Shown here in pieces: positions 26,318 to 36,328 of a stretch of 64,000 bases of DNA. Position numbers and translations under genes: made by a program. Location: the NCBI GenBank assembly GCA_963664225.1, contig OY760937.1, positions 4,864,001-4,928,000 of the forward strand, given 5' to 3'. The DNA comes from Verrucomicrobiia bacterium. GTDB taxonomy: Bacteria > Verrucomicrobiota > Verrucomicrobiia > Limisphaerales > UBA1319. The notes under the pieces were generated by a model that was given only the letters and a program-made list of their open reading frames with translations, made no database searches and was not told the origin of the DNA. Within the stretch, counting starts at the first letter, position 1. Every line of letters starts with the position of its first letter.

Positions 26318-29083
26318 ATGCAAACACCTATGGCATCTCCAGGGTCGAGGGAGACATTTGCATTGCGCATGTTGCGGCACCTGTCCGAATGGGTGTTCCG
26401 TTACCCGCGGTTGTTCGTTTATCCCCAAATCATACTGGCGGCCCTGTCGGTTTACTACACGATCGGGCATTTGGAGTTCGACACGAGCCGGGACAACCTG
26501 GTGGGGTCGGACAAGAAGTATCACCACAATTTCCTGCGGTTTAAGAAGGAATTTCCCAATCAGGACGATCTGGTGGTGGTGGTGGAGAGCGAGAGCATGC
26601 TCAAGAACCGCCAGTTCGTGGAGCGGCTGGGCAGCAGGCTGGAGGCGGAAACGAATCTGTTCATGGACGTCTTTTACAAGGGCGACCTGAAAATGATGGG
26701 GCCAAAAGCATTGTTGTTCCTGGACACGAACATGCTGTCCGAGCTGGATAAGACGCTGCGCGATTACCGTCCGTTCATTCAAAATTTCACCGCTGCGACC
26801 AATTTGGAATCGCTATTCAAATTGGTGAACCGCCAATTCCGCACTGCAAAGCGTGAGGCCAGCGCGGAGAACGATTCGATGGTCAAGGCGATGCCCGCAT
26901 TGCAGCGGATCATCGACGAGGCGAACGACGGTTTGGAACGCTCCGGCACGCCGCTATCTCCGGGTTTGAATGCCCTGTTTGGCGCCGGGCCTGAAGCGGA
27001 GAAGGAGATGTATGTCACCTTTGCCGATGGCCGACTTTACCTGGTATCGGCACAGCCGCGCAACACGAATGTCACCGCGCGGGCGGTGGAGCGGATCCGG
27101 GAATTGGCGAAACAGACGCAGGCGGAAGTGCCGGGCATCAACGTGGGCATCACGGGGGAACCGGTGCTGGAATACGATGAGATGGCGCAATCCCAGAGGG
27201 ATACCACGCTGGCCACGGTGATCGCGCTGGTGGTTGTGGCGCTGATATTCATTTACGGCTACCAGGAAACCGGGCGGCCCATCAAGGCCACACTCTGCCT
27301 GCTGGTGGGCCTGGCCTACACCATGGGTTTCACCACGCTGACCATTGGCCACCTGAACATTCTGACGATCACATTTCTGCCGATGCTGATCGGTCTGGCG
27401 ATTGATTTTGGCGTGCATCTGGTCACCCGGTATGAGGAGGAATTGCGGCACGGTCGGAACGAGCACGAGGCGATGCAGAAGGCGATGGTTTATACGGGGC
27501 TGGGTATTTTCACGGGATGCCTGACGACGGCCGTGGCGTTTCTGGCCATGGGCGCCACGAATTTCAAGGGCATTCAGGAAATGGGAATCATCAGCGGCTG
27601 CGGGCTGGTGATCTGCCTGGTGCCCATGATGACGCTGTTGCCTGTGCTGCTGATGCGCGGGCACCAGAATGAAATCGATCATGCGCATATCACGCATGAA
27701 GAACGCCGCGCGCGGCTCGAACGCATCTGGTTGAATCGACCTTACCGGATGATTGCAGGGACGCTGCTGATATGCGGGGTGTGCGCATGGGGCTTTAACA
27801 AGGTGCATTTCGATTACAACCTGTTGCACATGCAGAGCGCGGGGCTGCCCGCCGTTCAGACCGAGATGAAGCTCATCGATTCCGCCACCAACTCGGTGCT
27901 TTTTGGCGCGGTGATCGCGGACACGCTGGAGGAGGCTGGACGGCTGGAATCCCAGATCACCAATTTAAGCTCGGTGGCCAATGTTCGTTCCATGAGCACC
28001 TATATGGTGGGGGACGCGCGTCCGAAGCTTGAAAAAATAGGCGAGATTAAAAAGGAGGCCGGGGGAGTTCACTTTCAGCCGATTGACCGGGCGCCTGCGG
28101 ATGTGCGCGAACTGGACCAGACACTCTGGGCGTTGCAGGGATATCTGGGTCTGGCGGCTGATGAAGTTCAGAAGGAAAAGGATGCCGCCGAACTTGAAAA
28201 TTCCCTGCGCTCCATGCGCGCCTCGGTGGTTCGATTACGCCAAACCATGCAAAACGGCAACGTCACGAATGTCTCAGAGAAATTGGGCGCCTTCCAACAC
28301 GCGCTATTCACGGATATTCATGATACCTTCGCGACCTTGCGCGACCAGGATGACCGTGGGGCGTTGCGGCCCGAGGACCTGCCTGAGGCGTTGAGAAACC
28401 GATTCATCGGAGTGACGGGAAAATTCCTGCTGCAGGTTTATCCCAAGGGCAATGTCTGGGAACGGGGCGTTCAGGAGAAGTTTATCGATCAATTGCGGAC
28501 CGTCGATCCCAACGCGACCGGCACACCGGTGCAGTTGTTCGAATACACGACGTTATTGAAGGACAGCTATCAAACCGCCGCATGGTATTCCTTTTTCGCC
28601 ATTCTCATCATGGTGTTCCTGCATTTCCGCAGCGTTGTCTGCGTGGTGCTTGCCTTTTTGCCGGTGGCCATCGGATCGATCTGGATGATGGGATTCATGG
28701 TCTGGGCGGGCATTCCATTCAATCCCGCGAATATCATGACCCTGCCGCTGGTGATTGGCATCGGGGTGACCAATGGCATTCACATTCTCAATCGTTATGC
28801 CGAGGAGCAGAATCCGGGCATTCTGGCCAAGAGCACGGGCAAAGCCGTGCTGGTATCCGCGCTGAGCACCGTGGCGGGATTTGGCAGCCTGATTCTGGCC
28901 AAACACCAGGGCATCCAGAGTCTGGGTTATGTGATGGCGGTGGGAACGATGACCTGCATGATCGCTTCGTTAACATTTTTGCCTTCGCTCATCACGCTGC
29001 TGACACGGTGGGGCTGGAAAATATCCAAGCTCGATCCGTCCAGGAAGATTGAAGAACCTGCTGCGGAATTGATCAAATCGTAA
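26318..29083 (+). CDS. MMPL/RND transporter, HpnN (hopanoid transport)-like
   Basis: Two MMPL repeats, GLAIDFGVHL and GIGVTNGIH motifs, large periplasmic loops; start uncertain (track 26243). Confidence 0.8.
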   Translation: MQTPMASPGSRETFALRMLRHLSEWVFRYPRLFVYPQIILAALSVYYTIGHLEFDTSRDNLVGSDKKYHHNFLRFKKEFPNQDDLVVVVESESMLKNRQFVERLGSRLEAETNLFMDVFYKGDLKMMGPKALLFLDTNMLSELDKTLRDYRPFIQNFTAATNLESLFKLVNRQFRTAKREASAENDSMVKAMPALQRIIDEANDGLERSGTPLSPGLNALFGAGPEAEKEMYVTFADGRLYLVSAQPRNTNVTARAVERIRELAKQTQAEVPGINVGITGEPVLEYDEMAQSQRDTTLATVIALVVVALIFIYGYQETGRPIKATLCLLVGLAYTMGFTTLTIGHLNILTITFLPMLIGLAIDFGVHLVTRYEEELRHGRNEHEAMQKAMVYTGLGIFTGCLTTAVAFLAMGATNFKGIQEMGIISGCGLVICLVPMMTLLPVLLMRGHQNEIDHAHITHEERRARLERIWLNRPYRMIAGTLLICGVCAWGFNKVHFDYNLLHMQSAGLPAVQTEMKLIDSATNSVLFGAVIADTLEEAGRLESQITNLSSVANVRSMSTYMVGDARPKLEKIGEIKKEAGGVHFQPIDRAPADVRELDQTLWALQGYLGLAADEVQKEKDAAELENSLRSMRASVVRLRQTMQNGNVTNVSEKLGAFQHALFTDIHDTFATLRDQDDRGALRPEDLPEALRNRFIGVTGKFLLQVYPKGNVWERGVQEKFIDQLRTVDPNATGTPVQLFEYTTLLKDSYQTAAWYSFFAILIMVFLHFRSVVCVVLAFLPVAIGSIWMMGFMVWAGIPFNPANIMTLPLVIGIGVTNGIHILNRYAEEQNPGILAKSTGKAVLVSALSTVAGFGSLILAKHQGIQSLGYVMAVGTMTCMIASLTFLPSLITLLTRWGWKISKLDPSRKIEEPAAELIKS

Positions 29084-29105
29084 GCCCCTCAAAGAAAAGG
29101 ATACT

Positions 29106-29141
29106 AAAAAACCGCCGGGTCATGGAGACCAGCGGCGGTTT
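29106..29141. terminator. Bidirectional terminator between MMPL and FKBP genes
   Basis: AAAAAACCGCCG-GGTC-atgga-GACC-ag-CGGCGGTTT. Confidence 0.65.
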
Positions 29142-29172
29142 GTGAAATGGATTTAAATCGAGGGGTTCGCGC

Positions 29173-29904
29173 TTACTTGATTTCCATCAGCTCCAACTCG
29201 AAAATCAGAGTGGCGTTAGGCCCGATCTTTTCGCCCGCGCCCTGTTCGCCGTAAGCGAGTTCGGAGGGGATGAACAGCTTGTATTTGGCGCCGGTCTTCA
29301 TCAGTTGCAGCGCCTCGGTCCAGCCCTTGATCAGGCCGTCCACGGGAAACTCGGCCGGTTCGCCGCGTTTGTAGGAACTGTCAAACTCGGTGCCGTCAAG
29401 GAGGGTGCCGCGATAATTGGCAACGACAGTGTTGGTGGACTTGGGCATGGCGCCCGTGCCTTCCTTCTCGACGATGTATTGGAGGCCGCTGGCGGTGACT
29501 TTGACGCCGTCCTTCTTTTTGTTCTCAGCCAGGAAAGCTTCGCCGTCCTTTTTGTTCTTCTCGCCTGCGACTTTGGCTTTTTCCTGCTGCTTGCCCATCA
29601 TTTCCTTCTGGAAATCCATGAGCGTCTGGCGCACTTCGTCCTCGGTGAGAAGCGGTTTGGCATCGGTCATGCCTTCCTTGAGACCTTTGGCAACCATCTC
29701 AGGATTGACATCGAGAGACTGTTTTTTCCAGGAGGAACCCATGCTCAACCCGATGCAATAGCTGACTTTGTCCTTCGTGTTGGCAAAAGCCGATGCGGCA
29801 TCCGCAGGTTTCGCGTCTGCGGGTTTGGCGTCCGGCTGGTCAGCCGCCATTAAATTCGCGGCCATCACAAACGACCCAACCCATGATATTAACGTTAATT
29901 TCAT
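29173..29904 (-). CDS. FKBP-type peptidyl-prolyl isomerase (FkpA/Mip-like), exported
   Basis: DKVSYCIG dimerisation domain, TASGLQY, YRGTLLDGTEFDSSY, IKGWTEAL, IPSELAYG. Confidence 0.95.
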   Translation of the reverse strand: MKLTLISWVGSFVMAANLMAADQPDAKPADAKPADAASAFANTKDKVSYCIGLSMGSSWKKQSLDVNPEMVAKGLKEGMTDAKPLLTEDEVRQTLMDFQKEMMGKQQEKAKVAGEKNKKDGEAFLAENKKKDGVKVTASGLQYIVEKEGTGAMPKSTNTVVANYRGTLLDGTEFDSSYKRGEPAEFPVDGLIKGWTEALQLMKTGAKYKLFIPSELAYGEQGAGEKIGPNATLIFELELMEIK

Positions 29905-30026
29905 TCAATTACCTTTCGTGGTGGCGGATTATCCCAACCCGTGGACCGCTGGCAACTGCGAAATTCGAAAGAATTGCGGGGAATCACAAAAACGGCACTC
30001 CCATGGGTCGTTCGAAGGGATGCAAG

Positions 30027-30050
30027 AAAAGGGAGGCTCGCGCCTCCCTT
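30027..30050 (-). terminator. Terminator downstream of subtilisin gene
   Basis: AAAAGGGAGGC-tcgc-GCCTCCCTT. Confidence 0.6.
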
Positions 30051-30092
30051 GAGATTCTGAAGACCGAAGGATGGATTGGGATTCGGTCGCGA

Positions 30093-31379
30093 CTATGGCG
30101 CCAGGGCAGCCGCCGCAGAAACCACGCCTTCACACACGCCATCAAACGTATAGGTGGAGGTGGGGCTGTTCAGCGGAATTGTATTAATGCCCGAAGCAGT
30201 CGAAACAATCCTGGCGCGAACATCGTCCGCGGTGGCCGTGACATCAGCGGCGTAAATCAGAGCGGCCACACCGGCCACATGCGGGGAGGCCATGCTGGTG
30301 CCCGACATCCGGGTGGTGCCACCGCCGAGCTTGGTCGAGAGGATGCCCACCGAAGAAATTACGCCGGTTCTGCTTATGTTTTCCTGATCCTCACCCGGCG
30401 CGGAGATTTCCACCCCCGTGCCATCCGTGGTGAAGAACGAGGCGGTATCCGCGAGAATGCCTGTTGGGTAACTGCGAGAGCTGCTTGTCCCGTTGAGGGC
30501 GGTGGTGCTGGCTACGGCGATGACTTCCGGATAACAGGCGGGAACTTGTTGAGAGACGTCAACAGTGCTGTCGTTACCGGCGGCGACCACTGTGGTGACG
30601 CCCAAGGTGTTCAACGTCTGCAACGCGGTTCTATAGAATGTATTGTCATTCATGGAGCCGCTGCGCCCCAGACTCATATTTACCACGCGGATGTTGGGGG
30701 ATACGATATTGCAATTATCAGCGATCCAATCGAGACCTGCAATGACGGTTGAATCGGTTCCTGATCCGGAGCGATTAAGCACTTTGATGGCATAAAGCAT
30801 TGTATTCGGCGCCACGCCAACGACATCGTAACCATCATTTTTGGCGGCAATGATTCCTCCCACATGGGTTCCGTGGCCGTTATCATCCTTGCCAGTGGCG
30901 GTATAGGCGGAATAAAAACTTCCCGACACTCTAAGATCGGGATGGCTTGTATCCAAACCGGTGTCCACGACGGCCACGCCAACGTCGGCCGTGCTTATGG
31001 TCACCTGATCTGCTCCGATCCGATGCACCCCAGCAGGGGTCACCTGCGGCTTGCGTGTCACGGTGCCGCCGCCGGAAGGTTTGCCAATGGCAGCGACCTC
31101 GCGGTCCGGCACGACCACGGCCACTTCCGGATCGTTTTGCAGCTTTTTCAATATGCCGGGCGGAACAAAGCCTGCAAAACCGTTGATGGCAGCGCTATAA
31201 ACAAATTTCGGCGCGAGTCCATGCCGTGCCGCGACTGCCCTTGGAACGGCTCCAGCGCGGAGTTGAATGATGTAATTGTCCGGCACGACCGCGCCGGGAT
31301 TGCCTTCCTGCGCGAGCGTTGCCAGACCACCCAGGGTCAGCGAGCCGATCAGGACCAGAGAGGACAGATATGATTTCAT
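30093..31379 (-). CDS. S8 subtilisin-like serine protease with I9-type propeptide, secreted
   Basis: Catalytic triad VVDTG, HGTHVGG, GTSMASPHVAG; AAGN; signal peptide MKSYLSSLVLIG. Confidence 0.93.
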   Translation of the reverse strand: MKSYLSSLVLIGSLTLGGLATLAQEGNPGAVVPDNYIIQLRAGAVPRAVAARHGLAPKFVYSAAINGFAGFVPPGILKKLQNDPEVAVVVPDREVAAIGKPSGGGTVTRKPQVTPAGVHRIGADQVTISTADVGVAVVDTGLDTSHPDLRVSGSFYSAYTATGKDDNGHGTHVGGIIAAKNDGYDVVGVAPNTMLYAIKVLNRSGSGTDSTVIAGLDWIADNCNIVSPNIRVVNMSLGRSGSMNDNTFYRTALQTLNTLGVTTVVAAGNDSTVDVSQQVPACYPEVIAVASTTALNGTSSSRSYPTGILADTASFFTTDGTGVEISAPGEDQENISRTGVISSVGILSTKLGGGTTRMSGTSMASPHVAGVAALIYAADVTATADDVRARIVSTASGINTIPLNSPTSTYTFDGVCEGVVSAAAALAP

Positions 31380-31589
31380 GAGGCGTTGAATTGTTGCTGG
31401 TTTTTCATTCTGATAAAACCCAGGTTTTGCTCCTTGCAATAGACCTATTGGATAGGCACCAAGTTATCCTCATTCAAAAAGCTAATCAAGCTCCAATTTC
31501 TTGTTCGATACGTTCCGTCCCCGAGAAAAGAGCTCGCGTGTGCATGGCAAGAATCTTCTGGAACAAAGGAGGTGTTTGAAAGTTTGAAT

Positions 31590-31856
31590 CGATTTGATGC
31601 AACGCCTACAGCGTTGGGGTTTATCGGGGGGCGAGTACCCCGGGTGGCTCGTGCCTCGCGACCCGGGGCTGAAAGATTGCAATCCCTACAGGATTGCGTG
31701 GAGGGGATGATGACGGACTGCGGGCGAGGTTGATTGGTCGGGGCTGGATGGGAATTTGGTTCAACTCCTATAGCGTTGGTGATTATCGGAGGGCGATGAC
31801 CCAAGGTAGCTCGTTCCTCGCATCCGTGGGCTGAGTGATTTAATTCCTTCGGGATA
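31590..31856. repeat. Two tandem family-E tripartite palindromes
   Basis: GATTTGATGCAACGCCTACAGCGTTGGG...CCCCGGGT...ACCCGGGGCTGA; second degenerate copy 31754-31856; match 19802-19906. Confidence 0.8.
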
Positions 31857-32020
31857 GGCAGGCTGAAATGGGGCGGCGTGTTGAGGTTCTGATGTGCGAA
31901 CGTGATAAAACGTACTTGGCAGCAATTTGTTGCGTTGTATGTTCGGTGGCATGAATCCGACGCAACAAAATCCAATTCCGGGAAGCGGTGCGTCAAAACG
32001 CATTCCACAGAGTTAATCAA

Positions 32021-33427
32021 ATGAAAGCAGGCATTTTTTCGATAGGCTTGGACACGTATTGGGCGCAATTTGACGGGCTGCTCAATAACTTGAACGGATA
32101 TCACCGGCAGATCCGCGACAGGATCGGCGCGATGGGCATTGAGGTGATGGATGCGGGGATGGTGGATAATCCGGTGAAGGCGCAGGGGGCGGCCGCGCTT
32201 TTCAAGAAAGAGGATGTGGAGGTGATCTTCCTTTTCATTTCCACCTACGCGCTATCCTCGACCGTGCTGCCGGTGGTGCAGAAGGCGAAGGTGCCGGTGG
32301 TGATGCTCAATCTGCAGCCGGTGGCGCAGCTCGATTACGCGAAATTCAACGCGCTGGGCGACCGGGGCAGGATGACCGGTGTCTGGCTGGAGCATTGCCA
32401 GTCGTGCTCGGTTCCCGAACTGGCGAGCGTGTTTAATCGCGCGGGCATCGACTATCATGTGGTGACCGGGTATTTGCAGGAGGAGGCGGCGTGGCGCGAG
32501 ATCCAGGACTGGGTGGAGGCGGCCAAAGTGGTCGCGGGAATGCGGGAAAACCGGGTGGGCGTGCTGGGGCATTATTATTGCGGGATGCTCGATGTGTATA
32601 GCGACATGACGCAGCAGTCGGTGGCTTTCGGCAATCATTTCCAGCTCCTCGAAATGTGCGAGCTTTTCGAACTGCGCCAGACGGTGACTCAGGACGAGGT
32701 GCAAACCAAGATTGCTGAGTTTCAGACGAAATTCGATGTGTCACCTGAGTGCGAAAAATCAGAGGTGGAACGGGCGGCGAAAACCTCGGTGGCGCTGGAT
32801 AAATTGATCGCGAAGCACAATCTGGGTTCCATGGCTTATTATTACGAGGGCACGGGCGAGTATGTAAACATCGTCACCTCAGTGATTGCCGGAAACACGC
32901 TGCTTACGGGGCGTCATGTGCCCGTGGCCGGCGAGTGCGAAATCAAGAACGTGCAGGCCATGAAGATCATGGACCTATTTGGGGCGGGCGGTTCGTTTTC
33001 CGAATTCTATCTCTCCGATTTCGTCGATGACGTGGTTTATCTGGGGCATGACGGTCCCGCGCATCTGGCCATTGCGGAAGGCCGGGTCGGATTGGTGCCG
33101 CTGCCGGTTTACCACGGCAAACCTGGCAAAGGGCTTTCGATTCAGATGACCGTCAAGCACGGGCCGGTGACGATTCTATCGGTCGTGCAGCGTCGCGATG
33201 GCACGGTGTTCCTTCAAGTGGCGGAAGGGGAATCGGTCCCGGGCCCGATCCTGCAAATCGGCAATACCAACAGCCGTTACCACTTCAGCATTGGCGCGAA
33301 GGGCTTCATGAACGACTGGTCCAAAGGCGGACCGGCGCATCATTGCGCCATCGGCATTGGACATCTGGCGGACAAGATTGAGAAATTCGGGGCGTTGATC
33401 GGGATGGAGACGCGCAGGATTTGCTGA
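32021..33427 (+). CDS. L-arabinose/L-fucose isomerase family protein
   Basis: AGECEIKN, GGSFSEFY, LGHDGP and GGPAHHCAIG metal-site motifs of the FucI/AraA superfamily. Confidence 0.8.
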   Translation: MKAGIFSIGLDTYWAQFDGLLNNLNGYHRQIRDRIGAMGIEVMDAGMVDNPVKAQGAAALFKKEDVEVIFLFISTYALSSTVLPVVQKAKVPVVMLNLQPVAQLDYAKFNALGDRGRMTGVWLEHCQSCSVPELASVFNRAGIDYHVVTGYLQEEAAWREIQDWVEAAKVVAGMRENRVGVLGHYYCGMLDVYSDMTQQSVAFGNHFQLLEMCELFELRQTVTQDEVQTKIAEFQTKFDVSPECEKSEVERAAKTSVALDKLIAKHNLGSMAYYYEGTGEYVNIVTSVIAGNTLLTGRHVPVAGECEIKNVQAMKIMDLFGAGGSFSEFYLSDFVDDVVYLGHDGPAHLAIAEGRVGLVPLPVYHGKPGKGLSIQMTVKHGPVTILSVVQRRDGTVFLQVAEGESVPGPILQIGNTNSRYHFSIGAKGFMNDWSKGGPAHHCAIGIGHLADKIEKFGALIGMETRRIC

Positions 33428-33749
33428 GGAACTGTGGTAGTTGCTGGCGGTGCTTTTTGTGCAGCGTACAAACAACGGATGCATGACAGAATTCACCGGT
33501 GAAAAAGCAGGACTCCTAATGAATCCCCTCTCTCCGGCTCTCTCCCCACTCGTGCCAATTCAGGTTTTGGGGCGAGAGGGACGAATCGCGCAATCGGTTC
33601 TTTAGGCAGGTTATGTTCATGAGCCCTAAATACGCTGATGGCGTTTTAAGGCCTTTTCCCATTCACGGAAGAATTTTGTCCAGTGCCCACAAAAACCACT
33701 CCACATTTTAGCGCTGTGGAGTGGTTGAAGAGAAAGTATATAAAGGGGC

Positions 33750-33792
33750 GGCTCGGCAGGAGCCTCGCCCTACCTGGGAGCGCCGCCCTACC
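33750..33792. repeat. REP-like element G plus partial second copy
   Basis: GGCTCGGCAGGAGCCTCGCCCTACC then GGGAGCGCCGCCCTACC. Confidence 0.8.
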
Positions 33793-33794
33793 GC

Positions 33795-35096
33795 TTAGGC
33801 CTCCGGGAATTTCCAGGGGGCGCGGTAGGCGTAACGCAGAATGCGGCTGGCTTCAGCGTCGCCGACGATTTTCTGTTTTGCGGGGTCCCATTTGATCTTC
33901 CGACCCAGGCGGACGGCCATGTTGCCAAGATGGCACACGGTGGCGGAGCGATGGCCTATTTCGACGTCGCAGATTGGGTTGGTGCGGGATTTGATGCAAT
34001 CGAACCAGTTTTGGTGATGGTTTTTGCTCTCGATGAGGTGAACTTCATCGCTTTTAAGCGGTTGCTTGATGGCATCGGGCACGGTGGACTCCAGTTTGCC
34101 GCGATCCATGTAAACGATGCCGTCCTGACCCTCAAAAGTGCTGCCTATCCGATGGCTTTGGCCGCAGACCACCCTGGCGCCATTGGCGTATTTGTATGTG
34201 ATCTCGAACCAGCAGGGGACTTCATAGCGCTTTTCGGGATCGAATTCCGCGCGCGCCTCGATTTCGACCGGGCCTGAATCGTCCATTCCCAAGGCCCACT
34301 GGGCGATATCCAGATGGTGCGCGCCCCAGTTGGTCATTTGACCGCCGGAGTAATCCCAGAAAAAGCGGAAGTTGTAGTGAACGTGATTTTTGTTGTAGGG
34401 CCGCATGGGAGCGGGGCCCAGCCACAGGTCGTAGTCCAATTCGGCCGGAGGGGCGCTGTCCGGGACGTTGGCGAGGGTGTAATTAACGCCCGGCAAACCG
34501 ACGCGCACCATTTTTACGTCTCCAATCCGGCCGGAGCGGATGACCTCGCAGCCGAAACGGAATTTGGCGTCCGAGCGCTGCATGCTGCCGGTTTGGACGA
34601 CGCGCTTGTTCTGGCGGGCTGCCTGGACCATGGCGAAGCCCTCGGCGACGGTCAGAGTCAGCGGTTTTTCCACAAAAACGTCCTTGCCCGCGCGGCAGGC
34701 ATCGATGGCGGGCAGGGCGTGCCAGTGGTCCGGGGTGGCGATCAGAACGGCGTCGATGTCCTTATTCTCGAGTAACTTACGATAATCAGAATACGTGGCG
34801 ATCGGGCGTCCGGCTTTCTTCTCGAAATCGGCTTTTGAACTGGCGAGGTGGGCGGAATCCACGTCGCAAATGGCCTGCACATGACCGATCATGCCGGGGG
34901 CGAAGAGATGTGAGCGGCCTTGTCCGCCCGTCCCGATGATTCCGACGCGTATGAGGTCGTTGGGGGATTCACCCGTGGCGGCGCGGACCTGGTTTAGGAA
35001 AATGTTGGGTCCGGCGAGCAAGGTTGTTGCGCCCATGGTGGCGGCGCCGGCTCGCCGTAGAAATGTCCGGCGCGGCATTTGCTGTAAGGTGTTCAT
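33795..35096 (-). CDS. Gfo/Idh/MocA family oxidoreductase with Tat signal
   Basis: PRRTFLRR twin-Arg, GIIGTGGQG, IATPDHWH, EKPLT, NWGAHHLD. Confidence 0.92.
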   Translation of the reverse strand: MNTLQQMPRRTFLRRAGAATMGATTLLAGPNIFLNQVRAATGESPNDLIRVGIIGTGGQGRSHLFAPGMIGHVQAICDVDSAHLASSKADFEKKAGRPIATYSDYRKLLENKDIDAVLIATPDHWHALPAIDACRAGKDVFVEKPLTLTVAEGFAMVQAARQNKRVVQTGSMQRSDAKFRFGCEVIRSGRIGDVKMVRVGLPGVNYTLANVPDSAPPAELDYDLWLGPAPMRPYNKNHVHYNFRFFWDYSGGQMTNWGAHHLDIAQWALGMDDSGPVEIEARAEFDPEKRYEVPCWFEITYKYANGARVVCGQSHRIGSTFEGQDGIVYMDRGKLESTVPDAIKQPLKSDEVHLIESKNHHQNWFDCIKSRTNPICDVEIGHRSATVCHLGNMAVRLGRKIKWDPAKQKIVGDAEASRILRYAYRAPWKFPEA

Positions 35097-35194
35097 GGAA
35101 TGATTAATCCTTTCCTGAGGGGTTTGTGTCAAGAGCAGGCGGGGGAAATGGAAATCTTCTTTCACAACGAATCAAAGCATGATAAAGATAGGGT

Positions 35195-36328
35195 ATGAAA
35201 TCTATGACGAATAGGATGATGAGGGGTTTCCTTGTTTGCATGATCGGCTTGGGCGCGTGGGTTTCGGTGTCGGCGGCCCAGGACGCCACAATGAATTTGT
35301 TTTGTCTCTCAGTGAAGTTGGATGCTGCGACGGCCAAAATGCTTTCAATTCCCTATACCATGGAATTCACGTCTGGCTCCATTGCGACCAGCGAGGCGGC
35401 CAATGGGGAGTTGGGGGTGTCGGATGGCGCGGTGGCCACGCATGTCACGCAATTCCGGCTCAGTTCGGATACCGGCGTCGATCCGATCACCGGCATCATG
35501 TATCTGGACGTGCCGCCGACCACCGACACCAATAAAAATGGGTTGAACGATTTCTTCGAACCGAGTCAGGCCGTGGTAGCTGTGGGGACGACAGGGAAGC
35601 TCTATGATGACTTAACCGGTTCGGAAGGAACCGTATCCGCCACATGGAACCGCCCTGCGGGCACCAATCGGGGCACCTGCACCATGATTGTGAATACCAT
35701 TTACCTGCAAGCGACCTTTGTTCACACCTTTGAACTGCTCAATTACACCGGCACTTTGCATTACACCCCCGGGACGAACGTTGTGGCGGGGAGTGTGGAT
35801 CTGCATTTGATTTCGGATCCTTTGACCACGCTCACCGGGCCTGTGTCGATTGACAAAACCAATGTCAATCAACTCCACCTGGAGGCCGGATCGTGGACAA
35901 ACAACGCCATGCTAAGTTTCGACTATCTCGCGACTTTTGGCGGCGAATCCATCAGCCGCACAGGCACCAACTACATGGGATTCTTCGATGCAGTGGATGG
36001 AAATCTCGATACCGCTTATATCGATTATACCCTCTGGGTTCTGCTGGTCAGCGATACCAACGACGCAAACAAGAACGGCGTGCCCGATTTGAGCGACTCC
36101 ACGGATGCACGGTCGCCGTCCCTGAAAATATCCCGTTCCGCGGGGCAGTTGCAGTTGACCATCAGCAGCACAGTGGGGCGGGTGCATCAGATTGAACGAA
36201 TGAGCGCGTTGGGCGGCACAAACCAATGGGCGGCAGTGACAAACATCACGCTTGCCACGGATCCCCAAACGGTGACTCTGGACACGGCAACCAACAAGAC
36301 AAGCTTCTGGCGCGTGGGCATGCAGTAA
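35195..36328 (+). CDS. Hypothetical secreted Thr-rich protein with DxNxNG Ca-binding-like motifs and C-terminal W...FWR module
   Basis: Signal peptide; DTNKNGLND and DANKNGVPD; C-terminal beta module ending SFWRVGMQ. Confidence 0.75.
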   Translation: MKSMTNRMMRGFLVCMIGLGAWVSVSAAQDATMNLFCLSVKLDAATAKMLSIPYTMEFTSGSIATSEAANGELGVSDGAVATHVTQFRLSSDTGVDPITGIMYLDVPPTTDTNKNGLNDFFEPSQAVVAVGTTGKLYDDLTGSEGTVSATWNRPAGTNRGTCTMIVNTIYLQATFVHTFELLNYTGTLHYTPGTNVVAGSVDLHLISDPLTTLTGPVSIDKTNVNQLHLEAGSWTNNAMLSFDYLATFGGESISRTGTNYMGFFDAVDGNLDTAYIDYTLWVLLVSDTNDANKNGVPDLSDSTDARSPSLKISRSAGQLQLTISSTVGRVHQIERMSALGGTNQWAAVTNITLATDPQTVTLDTATNKTSFWRVGMQ

